Shown in pieces: positions 9,492 to 19,841 of a stretch of DNA of 64,000 bases. Location of the stretch: IMG/VR virus record IMGVR_UViG_3300025387_000001, one strand, 5' to 3'. The translations under genes and the position numbers were made by a program. The stretch is from an uncultured virus (IMG/VR IMGVR_UViG_3300025387_000001) (Duplodnaviria > Heunggongvirae > Uroviricota > Caudoviricetes). Below the pieces are notes generated by a model. The model saw only the letters and a list, made by a program, of their open reading frames with translations. It was not told where the DNA came from and made no database searches. Position 1 is the first letter of the stretch. Each line of letters opens with the position of its first letter.

Positions 9492-10130
9492 ATGGCCTGT
9501 GTTTATAAGATAACAAGAAACGATGGATTAGAATATATTGGCATTACCAATAATCTGAAGCGTCGGATACAACAACATATCCGATCACCAAGATTTTCGG
9601 TCGGAATAAAACACACCGAAATACTATTTGAAAGTGAATATAAAAACTGTGAAGATGCTGAAGAAATATATATCACCGTTTTTGATACATATAAAAATGG
9701 ATTGAATACAACATTACACGGTAAAGGTAATCATTATGATAGTTCAAGGTTCAATACTCTTGGATATGTTTATAGCAAAGAGAGTAGGGAAAGAATGAGT
9801 AAAGCGAAAGATGGATTTGTGCCGTGGAACAAAGGTAAATCCGGTTATTGGACACCCAACGAAGAATGGATTGATAAACACAGATTCATAGGTTCCGATA
9901 ATCCAAAATCCATACTAAACGAAGATTTGGTTAGGGAGATTATAGAAGATTTTATATCTAGTCCGAAGATAGATAATGTGGGTCAAATACAAAAAAACGG
10001 TAAACCTATGTCTTATATGTGGGCCTATTGCTTACAAAAAGCGCCTCAACACAATATGACTCCACAGGCTATTAGAAGATTGTTAGAAAAGAAAAGTTGG
10101 AAAAATGTTTGGAAAGAATACGAAGTTTGA
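9492..10130 (+). CDS. GIY-YIG homing endonuclease located between the split-intein halves
   Basis: CVYKITRNDGLEYIGITNNLKRRIQQH, NUMOD3-like YSKESRERMSKAK...PWNKGK. Confidence 0.88.
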   Translation: MACVYKITRNDGLEYIGITNNLKRRIQQHIRSPRFSVGIKHTEILFESEYKNCEDAEEIYITVFDTYKNGLNTTLHGKGNHYDSSRFNTLGYVYSKESRERMSKAKDGFVPWNKGKSGYWTPNEEWIDKHRFIGSDNPKSILNEDLVREIIEDFISSPKIDNVGQIQKNGKPMSYMWAYCLQKAPQHNMTPQAIRRLLEKKSWKNVWKEYEV

Positions 10131-10434
10131 AATAAAAACTCCTGACGGATGGGAAGATTTTTACGGAGTTCAAAAACTTTCTGGTAAAAAGGTTGTTGAT
10201 GTTTTTCTTGAAAGCGGTAAACACATTTCCGTTTCAACGGACCATCGTTTCTACGAAAAACGATTAGGATATTGTGATGTAAAGGCACTATACTCGGGTG
10301 ATGTTATAAAAACAAAAGATGGGTTTGAAACCATCATTTTTATTACACCAAGATATGATACACCAGATGTTTATGATGCTATAGAAGTAGGTAAAAAACA
10401 TTATTATTATACCAACGATATACTATCACATAAC
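10105..10434 (+). mobile_element. Split intein, C-fragment (110 aa)
   Basis: Block B VSTDHRF, block F VYDAIEV, block G YYTNDILSHN followed by Cys+1. Confidence 0.9.
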
Positions 10435-11304
10435 TGTGAGTTCCTTGGTTCTACCAATACCCTTATCTCTGGTGCTAAACTAAGATCATTAACATTCAAG
10501 ACACCTATTGAGAGTAAAGACCATCTGGATGTATATGAACTACCAGAACCTAAACACACGTATGTCCTGTGCGCGGACGTAGCGGAGGGGCAGGGCCTTG
10601 ACTACTCCACATTCTCTATATTTGATGTGTCACAGATACCATACCGACAGGTGGCTAAATACCGTAACAACGAGATAGCACCTTTATTATTTCCTACAGT
10701 CATTTATTCGGTGGCAAAACGATACAACGAAGCATTTGTTCTTGTGGAAATAAACTCTATTGGACTACAAGTAGCAGACATTCTACATTTTGAGTTAAGT
10801 TATGATAATCTACTAAAGTTTCAAACCAAAGGTAAGCAAGGAAACCAGGTGTCTGGTGGATTTGCTGCCAGAAACAAGTTGGCCTACGGTCTTAAAACTT
10901 CAGCGCAGTCTAAACTTATTGGTTGTGCTAACTTGAAGGCCTTGGTTGAAAATGATAAACTGCTAATAAACGATGCCGACACTATTATAGAACTTTCTTC
11001 TTTCTCTGCCAATAAGAAATCATTTATGGCAGAAGAAGGAAGCAATGACGACCTCGCAATGACGCTGGTTCATTTTGGATGGTTGACTTCACAGAGAGTA
11101 TTTAAAGACACTGTGGAGACCGATATTCGTGCTGTTCTACAGGCCGAAAATCTGGAAATACTTGACCGAGAGATTACACCTTTTGGTTTCATAGACAATG
11201 GTATAGATGATCCTGCTCCTGAAGTGGATTCTCGTGGAGATAGATGGTTGACCGTCGAAAAAGAAGGTCTTTACATCAATCCAAATTGGGATCCGCAGTT
11301 ATAA
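10105..11304 (+). CDS. gp17: Terminase large subunit gp17, C-terminal nuclease half preceded by a 110-aa C-intein
   Basis: ILSHN|CEFLGSTNTLISG, DVAEGQGLDYS, EINSIG, NDDLAMTLV. Confidence 0.95.
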   Translation: MFGKNTKFEIKTPDGWEDFYGVQKLSGKKVVDVFLESGKHISVSTDHRFYEKRLGYCDVKALYSGDVIKTKDGFETIIFITPRYDTPDVYDAIEVGKKHYYYTNDILSHNCEFLGSTNTLISGAKLRSLTFKTPIESKDHLDVYELPEPKHTYVLCADVAEGQGLDYSTFSIFDVSQIPYRQVAKYRNNEIAPLLFPTVIYSVAKRYNEAFVLVEINSIGLQVADILHFELSYDNLLKFQTKGKQGNQVSGGFAARNKLAYGLKTSAQSKLIGCANLKALVENDKLLINDADTIIELSSFSANKKSFMAEEGSNDDLAMTLVHFGWLTSQRVFKDTVETDIRAVLQAENLEILDREITPFGFIDNGIDDPAPEVDSRGDRWLTVEKEGLYINPNWDPQL

Positions 11305-11378
11305 CCAAAAACATCAAAACACTAAATATATTGAAATGGATATCACACACCATTCAAACCTATAAAAAGGAGTAAAAA

Positions 11379-13091
11379 ATGGCAACTCTACTTTCACCTG
11401 GTGTAGCTTGGTCTGAAGTTGATCTAACGACCATTGTACCATCATTATCTACCACAGTTGGAGGGTTCGCCGGCAACTTTGTCTGGGGTCCAGTTAATGA
11501 ATTAACAAGACTTAGTAATGAAATACAACTGGTAAATACCTTTGGTCAACCAGATCAAAACACTTTCACCTCATTCTATAGCGCAGCAAACTTTCTATCA
11601 TATACTCAAAATATTTTAGTTGTTCGCACATGCGACACAACCAAAGCAAATAACGCAGTATCAGGAACATTACCAACAATCATTGAAAATAAAAATGTTT
11701 ATGATATTGAATATATGAATATGCAAGCACCAGCAAATACAGGTATGTTTGCTGCTCGTTATCCTGGAGCAATTGGTAACGGACTAAAAGTTTCACTTTG
11801 GGCATCAGCAAATTCTACAGCATTTTCTACTTGGGAATATGCTCCAAATTTCAACGGAGTTCCAGGAACAACATATTGGACCTCTGCAAGAGGCGGTGCC
11901 AATGACGAAATGCACATCATTGTTGTTGATACATTAGGACATTTTGGTGGAACACCTAATACTGTTCTAGAACGTTTTTCATATGTTTCAAAAGCAGTTG
12001 ATGCAACTAATGATGACGGAACATCAAATTATTATGTCAACGTAATTAATGATCGTTCACAGTTCATTTATATACTTCATCACGCACAAATGGATAATGG
12101 TCATACTGATACCTCAACTTGGGGATCAACATCATCAAATACAATGTTTGCTGAAGGTAACACAAATTACACAGCAACACTAACAGGTGGTGCTGATGCT
12201 GCTCCTACAGATGGAGATTTGACAGGAGCATATGATCTTTTTGGTGATTCTGAAAAAGCAGATGTGTCTTTGCTAATCACCGGTGGTGTTTCTCAGACTG
12301 TTTCTGAATATATTGTCAATAATATTGCCGAATCAAGAAAAGATTTGGTAACATTTATTTCTCCACCACCACAGGCAGTTATCAATAATATGGGTTATGA
12401 GGCTGAACAAATTGTTACATTCCGTAATCTATTTAACTCATCTTCATATGCTGTTATGGATTCTGGTTGGAAGAAACAATTTGACAAGTATAATAATGTT
12501 TATCGTTGGGTTCCACTAAATGGTGATATTGCTGGTCTTTGTGCCAGAACAGATTATACAAATGCTGCATGGTGGTCACCAGCAGGTCTAAACCGCGGTT
12601 TGATTAAAAATGTTGTTCAACTTTCTTGGTCACCAAATCAGGCCGACAGAGATACATTATATAAAAACTCTATCAACCCAGTCGTTTCAATGTCAGGTGT
12701 CGGTACAGTTTTTTATGGCGATAAGACAATGACATCTAAACCATCTGCATTTGATCGTATCAACGTTCGCAGATTGTTTATTGTTCTTGAACAGTCAATT
12801 TCAAGAGCTGCTAAGTATTCTCTATTTGAGTTCAACGATGAGTTTACACGTGCCCAGTTCGTTGCTCTAGTAGATCCTTTCCTTAGAGACATTAAAGGTA
12901 AAAGAGGTATCTTTGACTATCAAGTTGTTTGTGATACTACTAACAATACACCAGAAATTATCGACCAAAACCAGTTCGTTGGTGATATCTACATTAAGCC
13001 AGCCAGAGCAATTAACTTCATTCAATTGAACTTTGTTGCCGTTGGTACAGGAGTTGCCTTCTCCGAAATTGTTGGCAAAACAGGCGTCTAA
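11379..13091 (+). CDS. gp18: Tail sheath protein gp18
   Basis: LLSPGVAWSEVDLT, WWSPAGLNRG, FDRINVRRLF, IKPARAINFIQLNFVA. Confidence 0.96.
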   Translation: MATLLSPGVAWSEVDLTTIVPSLSTTVGGFAGNFVWGPVNELTRLSNEIQLVNTFGQPDQNTFTSFYSAANFLSYTQNILVVRTCDTTKANNAVSGTLPTIIENKNVYDIEYMNMQAPANTGMFAARYPGAIGNGLKVSLWASANSTAFSTWEYAPNFNGVPGTTYWTSARGGANDEMHIIVVDTLGHFGGTPNTVLERFSYVSKAVDATNDDGTSNYYVNVINDRSQFIYILHHAQMDNGHTDTSTWGSTSSNTMFAEGNTNYTATLTGGADAAPTDGDLTGAYDLFGDSEKADVSLLITGGVSQTVSEYIVNNIAESRKDLVTFISPPPQAVINNMGYEAEQIVTFRNLFNSSSYAVMDSGWKKQFDKYNNVYRWVPLNGDIAGLCARTDYTNAAWWSPAGLNRGLIKNVVQLSWSPNQADRDTLYKNSINPVVSMSGVGTVFYGDKTMTSKPSAFDRINVRRLFIVLEQSISRAAKYSLFEFNDEFTRAQFVALVDPFLRDIKGKRGIFDYQVVCDTTNNTPEIIDQNQFVGDIYIKPARAINFIQLNFVAVGTGVAFSEIVGKTGV

Positions 13092-13116
13092 TAAATAGGA
13101 AAAGGAGAAAACTAAA

Positions 13117-13683
13117 ATGGCATTTAATGTTCAACAATTTAGAGCAAGTCTCGAATTTGACGGCGCCCGAGCTAGTCTATTCGATATTACAATGAACATG
13201 CCTCCAGCGCCTGGGATTACACCTCTTACTTCAGCGGCTATTACGTTTAAAGCAAGAGCATCCTCACTGCCTGGAGACTCAATATCTTCTATCAGCGTTC
13301 CATACTTTGGTCGTGAGATCAAAGTTGCCGGTACAAGAACCTTCCCTGATTGGTCATTTACAGTTATTAACGATGAGAATTTCCTCATCCGCAATAACCT
13401 AGAGCTTTGGATGAGTGCGCTCAATGCTCACGTTGCGAACATTCGTAACCCAGCATTAGCAACAATGGCAACTTATCAGGCCGATGCTATGGTTACACAG
13501 TATGCCAAAACAGGCGAGATTATTAAGCAGTATAAAATGATTGGTTGTTTCCCAACCGACGTTGCTGCTATTGATCTTGACTGGGCATCAGGTGACCAGA
13601 TTGAAGAATTTACTGTTACATTTGCCTACCAATGGTGGGAGTCAGCGTTCCCTGTTATTACTACAGACGTTTCTGGCGCATAA
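13117..13683 (+). CDS. gp19: Tail tube protein gp19
   Basis: VPYFGREIKVAGTRTFPDWSFTVINDENF, IEEFTVTFAYQWW. Confidence 0.95.
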   Translation: MAFNVQQFRASLEFDGARASLFDITMNMPPAPGITPLTSAAITFKARASSLPGDSISSISVPYFGREIKVAGTRTFPDWSFTVINDENFLIRNNLELWMSALNAHVANIRNPALATMATYQADAMVTQYAKTGEIIKQYKMIGCFPTDVAAIDLDWASGDQIEEFTVTFAYQWWESAFPVITTDVSGA

Positions 13684-13705
13684 TTTGTAACATAAATATA
13701 ACTAA

Positions 13706-13734
13706 ACCCGTGGAGTTTTGCTCCACGGGTCTTC
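13706..13734 (+). terminator. Stem-loop after gp19 (probable terminator)
   Basis: ACCCGTGGAG-TTTTG-CTCCACGGGT, perfect 10-bp stem. Confidence 0.7.
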
Positions 13735-13755
13735 AATCAAGTAAAGGACTACATA

Positions 13756-15639
13756 GTGAAATTATTTGGATTTGAAATTGGCACCCCCAAGAAGATAGAA
13801 GATGCTCAACTAGAACAACCTAAACAGAAATCATTTACTCTCCCGATGAATGATGACGGAGCGGTAACGGTTGCTGGTGCCGGTTATTATGGTACATATG
13901 TAGACCTCGATGGTACTTTCCGAAACGAAACACAATTAATTACAAAATACCGAGAACTTGCTATTCAGCCAGAAATGGAAACTGCCATTGATGAAATCGT
14001 CAATGAAGCAATTGTAATTGAAGATGGCGGACAGTGTGTTGAAATCAATATGGATGAACTTAAAGTTCCAGATCAAATCAAAAAACGTATTGAAGATGAG
14101 TTCAATCTTATTTTAAAACTACTAAACTTCAACAATATGGGTCACGATATCTTCCGTCGTTATTATGTTGATGGAAGATTGTTCTATCATATCGTTATTG
14201 ATGAAACACAACCTATGTATGGTATTCAGGAATTAAAGTATATCGATCCTCGCCGTATTCGTAAGATCCGAGAAATCCAAAAGATGCGTGATCCGAATAC
14301 AGGTATTGAGTTGATCAAAAAGGCAATCGAATATTACCTCTATAACGAGAGAGGTATGATTGGTTCTGGTTCTAATCTTGGTTCTAAGATTGCTCCAGAT
14401 TCTATCGTAAACGTCAATTCAGGTCTAATGGACCCAAAACAAACAATGGTCCTTTCCTATCTTCACAAGGCCATTAAACCATTTAACAACCTACGTATGG
14501 TTGAAGATGCAACCGTCATTTATCGCCTCTCCAGAGCACCGGAGCGTCGTGTATTCTACATTGACGTAGGTAATATGCCAACTGTCAAGGCTGACCAGTA
14601 TGTGCGTGATATTATGGTCAAATACCGTAATAAGTTGGTCTATGATTCCTCTACAGGTGAAATCAAAGACGACCGTAAACATCTATCAATGTTGGAAGAT
14701 TTTTGGTTACCACGCCGTGAAGGTTCTAAAGGTACAGAAATCTCTACACTAGAAGGTGCCCGTAACCTTGGTGAGTTGGAAGATGTTAAGTATTTCCAAT
14801 CTAAACTATATCGTTCATTGAATGTTCCTATTGGTCGTCTAGAGCCACAGCAAGGATTTTCACTAGGTAGATCAACAGAAATCACTAGAGATGAGTTAAA
14901 GTTCACAAAGTTCATCCAGCGTCTTCGTAACAAGTTCTCCATACTATTTGACGACCTACTAAGAGTCCAATTGGTACTTAAAAAAGTATGTACCGAAGAA
15001 GAATGGAAAGAGTTTAAGGAAGATATTTTCTACGATTTCAAAAAAGACAATAACTTTGATGAGTTAAAAGAAGCAGAACTTCTTAATGTCCGTCTAGATA
15101 CACTTGCAAAAGTAGATCCATTTGTTGGTAAATATTATAGTATTGAATGGGTTCGTAAGAACATTCTTCAACAGTCTGACGAAGACATGGAAGAAATCAA
15201 CGGACAGATGGAACAAGAAAATGCTATTATGGCACAGCAACAGCAACAGCAAATGATTGATCAGCAGGCACAACAACAAGCCGATCAGCAAAACCAGTTA
15301 CAGTTCCAAGCACAACAGCAGATCACACAGGCTGCTGTTCAGCAAGAGATTGATAAGAATACCGAAGAACAACCTGTTAGTAAGAATGAACTAATCAATA
15401 AAGACCATGAACAATCTATGATGGATAAAAAGATTGAGTTGGAAAAGATTAAGTCAAAAAAATCTGCGGCGCCTGCTAAGAAACCAGCACCAAAGAAAAA
15501 GACAGTTGCTAAAGAAGCAAGAGACTTAGGATTAGTTTATGTTGGTAATAACCAATATACTGATCCACAAGGTAGTGTTAGATTTATAAATGAAAACGGA
15601 TATCTCATTGAACTAAATAAGGACAGTTTAGTTGACTAA
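13756..15639 (+). CDS. gp20: Portal protein gp20 with Gln/Lys-rich C-terminal extension
   Basis: YRLSRAPERRVFYIDVGNMP, EDFWLPRREGSKGTEISTL, EITRDELKF. Confidence 0.97.
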   Translation: MKLFGFEIGTPKKIEDAQLEQPKQKSFTLPMNDDGAVTVAGAGYYGTYVDLDGTFRNETQLITKYRELAIQPEMETAIDEIVNEAIVIEDGGQCVEINMDELKVPDQIKKRIEDEFNLILKLLNFNNMGHDIFRRYYVDGRLFYHIVIDETQPMYGIQELKYIDPRRIRKIREIQKMRDPNTGIELIKKAIEYYLYNERGMIGSGSNLGSKIAPDSIVNVNSGLMDPKQTMVLSYLHKAIKPFNNLRMVEDATVIYRLSRAPERRVFYIDVGNMPTVKADQYVRDIMVKYRNKLVYDSSTGEIKDDRKHLSMLEDFWLPRREGSKGTEISTLEGARNLGELEDVKYFQSKLYRSLNVPIGRLEPQQGFSLGRSTEITRDELKFTKFIQRLRNKFSILFDDLLRVQLVLKKVCTEEEWKEFKEDIFYDFKKDNNFDELKEAELLNVRLDTLAKVDPFVGKYYSIEWVRKNILQQSDEDMEEINGQMEQENAIMAQQQQQQMIDQQAQQQADQQNQLQFQAQQQITQAAVQQEIDKNTEEQPVSKNELINKDHEQSMMDKKIELEKIKSKKSAAPAKKPAPKKKTVAKEARDLGLVYVGNNQYTDPQGSVRFINENGYLIELNKDSLVD

Positions 15640-17392
15640 GATTATTAAAGAACATACACATACTGGTGCTATTGAACCTGGTTCTGCTAAAGGTGAAGAA
15701 CACCAATACATTAGTAATAATGTTAATGCTTATCAACTTGATCAAGAAGATAAGTTGATGAATATACAAAAAGCACATTTGGATCATCATAATAAAGCAT
15801 TAGGTTTTAATCACTTTAATCCAACTGAAATAAGAACTGGAAGAAATCACCATTTAAAGGCAAATACCGTTATACAAGAAACAACAACGGCCAGAACAAG
15901 AGTTAAAGCAAAGTTGGATGAACTAGGTGGTAATGTAGGATACGAAGGTATCTCTGATGCACCACCAAAAGGTAGAACAAATGACCAACTTGAAGAAGGT
16001 CCGCTAAAAGATAAAGCCAAAAAAGTGGCCATGGCAGGAATGACTGCTGCTAATATGTATACCATGGTAGACGCTATGAGCCAGCATAAATCACATCCTC
16101 AAAGTGATATGGTACGTGCGGCAACAGCATTACCAGGTGCAGCAGGATGGGCAGCAAGTGCCGCACATTACGGTAAAAAAGGTTACGATCTAGCAAAAGA
16201 CGCATTAAAGAAGAAGGCGACCATGAAAGAAGATAACGACATCGAAGAATCCTCAGCATGGCAACGTAGTGCTGGTAAAGATCCAGAAGGTGGTTTGAAC
16301 CGCAAAGGTATTGCTTCATATCGTAGAGAACATCCTGGTTCTAAACTTTCTATGGCCGTTACAACTGAACCATCAAAGTTGGACCCAGATAGCAAACCAG
16401 CAAAGCGTCGTAAGTCATTCTGTGCCCGTATGGGTGGTATGAAAGGTCCTATGAAGGATGAAAAAGGCAGACCAACCCGTAAGGCCTTAGCATTGCGTAA
16501 GTGGAACTGCGAAGAAGAAAACAAATATCCATCAACAGCAGAACGCGGTATTTACGAGGATGAAGTAGTATATACACACAAAAAAGGTCCTTTATACGGC
16601 ACCGTTACTCAGCATGACGATAATAGATTTTCTACTCGCAGAAAAATAGGAATGCAATGGAAATCAGCCATGCACAAAACAAAAGAAGGTGCTATTGGTC
16701 ATTTAGAAAATGATGGAAATTTGAAAAAACTAAAGTTTAGATTGAAAAAAGAACAGATTGAAGAAAAACATTTGACTCCTGCCGAGACCAAAAAGAAAGA
16801 AGAGATTGTAATGTCCATGAAGAAAGGTCTTCCTGGAATGAAAAAACGTTATGGTGAACGAGCTAAAGAAGTATTGTATGCTACAGCAACAAAGAGAGCA
16901 AAGCAGGTTGCTGAGGAACAGATTGATGAACTAAAGGCAGAAACACTTGGTTCATATGTAAAGAAGGCCTCTGCTTCACGTAAAAAGTCCTTGCAAGGTC
17001 ATAAGGCAGACATCAAAACCTGGGGTAAACGCCAAAAAGGTATTACAACTGCTATCAAACAACTAACAAAAGAAAACAGCAAAGACAAAGATTGGGATGA
17101 TGCAGTTGGCCCAATGGGTAAAAGTGATGTTGCAGAAAACAACTTTCAATCACATATACATCTAAATAAACCAGATGTAAAATATGCACCTGGTGCTACA
17201 GGAACAACACACACAGTCCACGAGGAAACTACAATGGAAAATCAAGACCTTATCAATGAGGCGATTGAGAACATTCTAGAAAATGATCTTAACGCTATGA
17301 AAGAAAATCTCATGACTGCCCTCCAAGAGAAGGCACAAGAGAAATTGGAAGAGCGTAAGAAAGAAATCGCTGCCTCCTATTTTGCTCAGTAA
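15632..17392 (+). CDS. Modular prohead-core/internal head protein with a gp67-like C-terminus
   Basis: Between portal and protease; Lys-rich modules separated by (I/L)xE sites; C-terminal acidic helix ...EKLEERKKEIAASYF. Confidence 0.65.
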   Translation: MTKIIKEHTHTGAIEPGSAKGEEHQYISNNVNAYQLDQEDKLMNIQKAHLDHHNKALGFNHFNPTEIRTGRNHHLKANTVIQETTTARTRVKAKLDELGGNVGYEGISDAPPKGRTNDQLEEGPLKDKAKKVAMAGMTAANMYTMVDAMSQHKSHPQSDMVRAATALPGAAGWAASAAHYGKKGYDLAKDALKKKATMKEDNDIEESSAWQRSAGKDPEGGLNRKGIASYRREHPGSKLSMAVTTEPSKLDPDSKPAKRRKSFCARMGGMKGPMKDEKGRPTRKALALRKWNCEEENKYPSTAERGIYEDEVVYTHKKGPLYGTVTQHDDNRFSTRRKIGMQWKSAMHKTKEGAIGHLENDGNLKKLKFRLKKEQIEEKHLTPAETKKKEEIVMSMKKGLPGMKKRYGERAKEVLYATATKRAKQVAEEQIDELKAETLGSYVKKASASRKKSLQGHKADIKTWGKRQKGITTAIKQLTKENSKDKDWDDAVGPMGKSDVAENNFQSHIHLNKPDVKYAPGATGTTHTVHEETTMENQDLINEAIENILENDLNAMKENLMTALQEKAQEKLEERKKEIAASYFAQ

Positions 17393-17403
17393 AGGATAGT
17401 ATA

Positions 17404-18591
17404 ATGAAAACACTCAAGCAACTACGTGAAGAATATAATGATAAATTTATGTCTCAGGTTGAAGTTCTTCCTGAGGAGTTGATGCTTGAGAGTAAAGGTA
17501 ATGAAATGGCCTCTTATAAAGATATGCCTTCATTGCTTATTTTTAGAAGATTATCATTTAGACTATATCCTAAAAAACAAGTCGTAGCATTATATTATTC
17601 TAAATTGCTTGATAAGTATCTTTCTATTCCATTTGGACCAGGAGGCAATTTAAATTTGAGTGAATCTGTTATAAGTGATACTCTTGATGAAGCGTGTTGG
17701 AATAATTATAAACAAGAAGGTATGAAGAAAAAAGGTAATAAGATGGTACCTAATTGTGTGCCTGTAGAGGAAGATGGTCCTGTAATGTCTCGTTATACCG
17801 AGAGGCCAACTTACGAGAGTTTTAAAGATAAGGTTGAAAAACTCCGTGAAGAAAGAATGAACGAAGGTCTTGCAGATGTTGCGGATACAGTAGCAGATAT
17901 TGCTGTTCCATATTATAGCGCAGGTAAAAAATTATATAAAGGTGATTATAAAGGTGCTGCTAAAGATGCGGCCGTTGATACTGCAATGATGGCCGTTGGT
18001 GGTCCTCTTACTAGAGTTGCCGCAAAGGGATTAAAAGCGGGTGCTGGTTTAGTTCGTAAAGGTATTGGTAAATTGGCAGGTAAAAGCGCAGCAAAAGGTG
18101 TAGTTGCTAGAGATGCATCAGCAATTGCTAAGAGTGCGGCCAAACCAAAACCATCCAGTCCTGTAAAAAGTGGTTTGGCTGGTGCAGCAGGTGGAATAGC
18201 CGCAGACGCAGCTAAAGATGCAATGTCTGGAGGTAGTAATATTTCTACAGATGTAGCAGTTAAAGGTTTGTATAGAGATACTCCACATGGTAAAGCATAT
18301 AGTTCATGGCAAACAGCGTCAGGAAAAGATCCTGTTTATCAATCCAAATTAAAACAAGCACAACTTAAAGAAAATTCCATATCTGATATTCGTAATATGG
18401 TTAAAGAAGGTATTGATAATATGGATCTTTCCATCAATGGAAGAACAATTACACTAAATACCTCTATGGCAAAAAGAATACTTGAAGTTTATGACTCGGT
18501 CAATATCAAAAACAAAAAGATTGTTGAAGGTATGCTAAACGAAGACCTTGAGTCCTTCAAGAAACTAATTAACTTCTCAATTAGGAACTAA
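17404..18591 (+). CDS. Prohead core/internal head protein
   Basis: MKTLKQLREE start, ACWNNYKQEGMKKKGNKMVPNCVP module; position in head cluster. Confidence 0.6.
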   Translation: MKTLKQLREEYNDKFMSQVEVLPEELMLESKGNEMASYKDMPSLLIFRRLSFRLYPKKQVVALYYSKLLDKYLSIPFGPGGNLNLSESVISDTLDEACWNNYKQEGMKKKGNKMVPNCVPVEEDGPVMSRYTERPTYESFKDKVEKLREERMNEGLADVADTVADIAVPYYSAGKKLYKGDYKGAAKDAAVDTAMMAVGGPLTRVAAKGLKAGAGLVRKGIGKLAGKSAAKGVVARDASAIAKSAAKPKPSSPVKSGLAGAAGGIAADAAKDAMSGGSNISTDVAVKGLYRDTPHGKAYSSWQTASGKDPVYQSKLKQAQLKENSISDIRNMVKEGIDNMDLSINGRTITLNTSMAKRILEVYDSVNIKNKKIVEGMLNEDLESFKKLINFSIRN

Positions 18592-18593
18592 AA

Positions 18594-19118
18594 ATGGCAA
18601 ACGTAATCACAGAACAAAAGGTCATTGATAATCATAATAGAGCATTGCTCAAGTATGTTATCCGTTTTGACGGAACATCAACAGCAAATAATCTATTGGT
18701 CAATGCGTCTCAATTAGCATTTGCGATGAATACAAATAATCGTATTATGTCATCCAATACAAATATAAAGTCAACATACAGAACAACCATTAGACGAATT
18801 TTTGGTCAAGGCCAATTTAAATCAGGTTATGGTATTGCACTTGGTTGGCAGTCAGATGCTAATAACGATATTGTTACAATTGGTAGCGGTATGTTTGACT
18901 ATAGTTTTGATTCTCAAGGACTATCAGCAGCAATTCCTGCGCCTGCGATTGCTAACACAACAGGAAATATACTTATAAGTGGTGTTGGAAGTATTGCGGC
19001 ATCCGATGCTGTGACTATTTTCATTGACCTCAAGAAAGATAACCGTGATTATGATAACGGTCAGACCGCAGATCCAATGGCATTCAATGCTTATACATAC
19101 GAAGGTGCCCTAAAATGA
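18594..19118 (+). CDS. Hypothetical virion protein
   Basis: ORF in head cluster with an upstream late-promoter motif. Confidence 0.55.
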   Translation: MANVITEQKVIDNHNRALLKYVIRFDGTSTANNLLVNASQLAFAMNTNNRIMSSNTNIKSTYRTTIRRIFGQGQFKSGYGIALGWQSDANNDIVTIGSGMFDYSFDSQGLSAAIPAPAIANTTGNILISGVGSIAASDAVTIFIDLKKDNRDYDNGQTADPMAFNAYTYEGALK

Positions 19119-19816
19119 GTGATCTATTAGAACACATCCTTTCAGAAGATTACGTTTCTGCTTGCGAGTTATTTGAGGAACGTTTGAATAACATCGTTGA
19201 AAAGAAAATGTATGAAATGAAAAAAGATATGCAGGCCGAAGTTTTTGGTGCATTATCAAAGAAAGATATTGAAGCAAGACGTAAAGCAGGATATGTAAGA
19301 GCATCCGAGGTTTTACCTGATCCATATGACTATACACCTGAATTAAAAACTATTACTAACAAAAAAGTTGTTGTTAAGAAAAAAAAAATTAAAGAAAATA
19401 CAGAATTAGATACACCTATACCACCGTCAGCTTACAAAGCAATTTCTGCAAGACGCCGAGCGGCCGGACAAGCAGGTCATCCTTATATCGCACCAGAAAA
19501 AGGTGGAGTTTCTCCATCCGTTTCTCACGTTGCACCTGAAGATGATACAAACAAAATTGATAGATCAAGATCAAGAGCATTTAGGCCAAGTGATATAGAA
19601 AAGGCTAAAGTTGCTCCAGCAAGGGCAAAAGATACTTATCAATCTGATAAAGATACCGCATATGCTTTAAGAAGGGCTGGTGATAAAACTGCTGTGAAAA
19701 CTTTTAAAAAAGCATATAGTGGTTATAGAGCAAAAAGAGAACTTAAAGGTTACGGTTCTTTTATGAAAGGCCTTGGTTCAAACATTATTTCAGGTCTTGG
19801 TGAGGAAAACACCTAA
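19115..19816 (+). CDS. Prohead core protein (gp67/gp68-like)
   Basis: Acidic helical N-terminus, basic C-terminus; immediately upstream of gp21. Confidence 0.55.
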   Translation: MSDLLEHILSEDYVSACELFEERLNNIVEKKMYEMKKDMQAEVFGALSKKDIEARRKAGYVRASEVLPDPYDYTPELKTITNKKVVVKKKKIKENTELDTPIPPSAYKAISARRRAAGQAGHPYIAPEKGGVSPSVSHVAPEDDTNKIDRSRSRAFRPSDIEKAKVAPARAKDTYQSDKDTAYALRRAGDKTAVKTFKKAYSGYRAKRELKGYGSFMKGLGSNIISGLGEENT

Positions 19817-19841
19817 ATATACCTAAAGGTAGAGGAAACAA

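Noticed and set aside
9463..10104. Group I intron in gp17
   Set aside because: There is no non-coding room for an intron core on either side of the endonuclease ORF, and both flanks carry clear intein blocks.
15230..15350. CAG/CAA-rich repeat
   Set aside because: It simply encodes the Gln-rich low-complexity tail of the portal protein.
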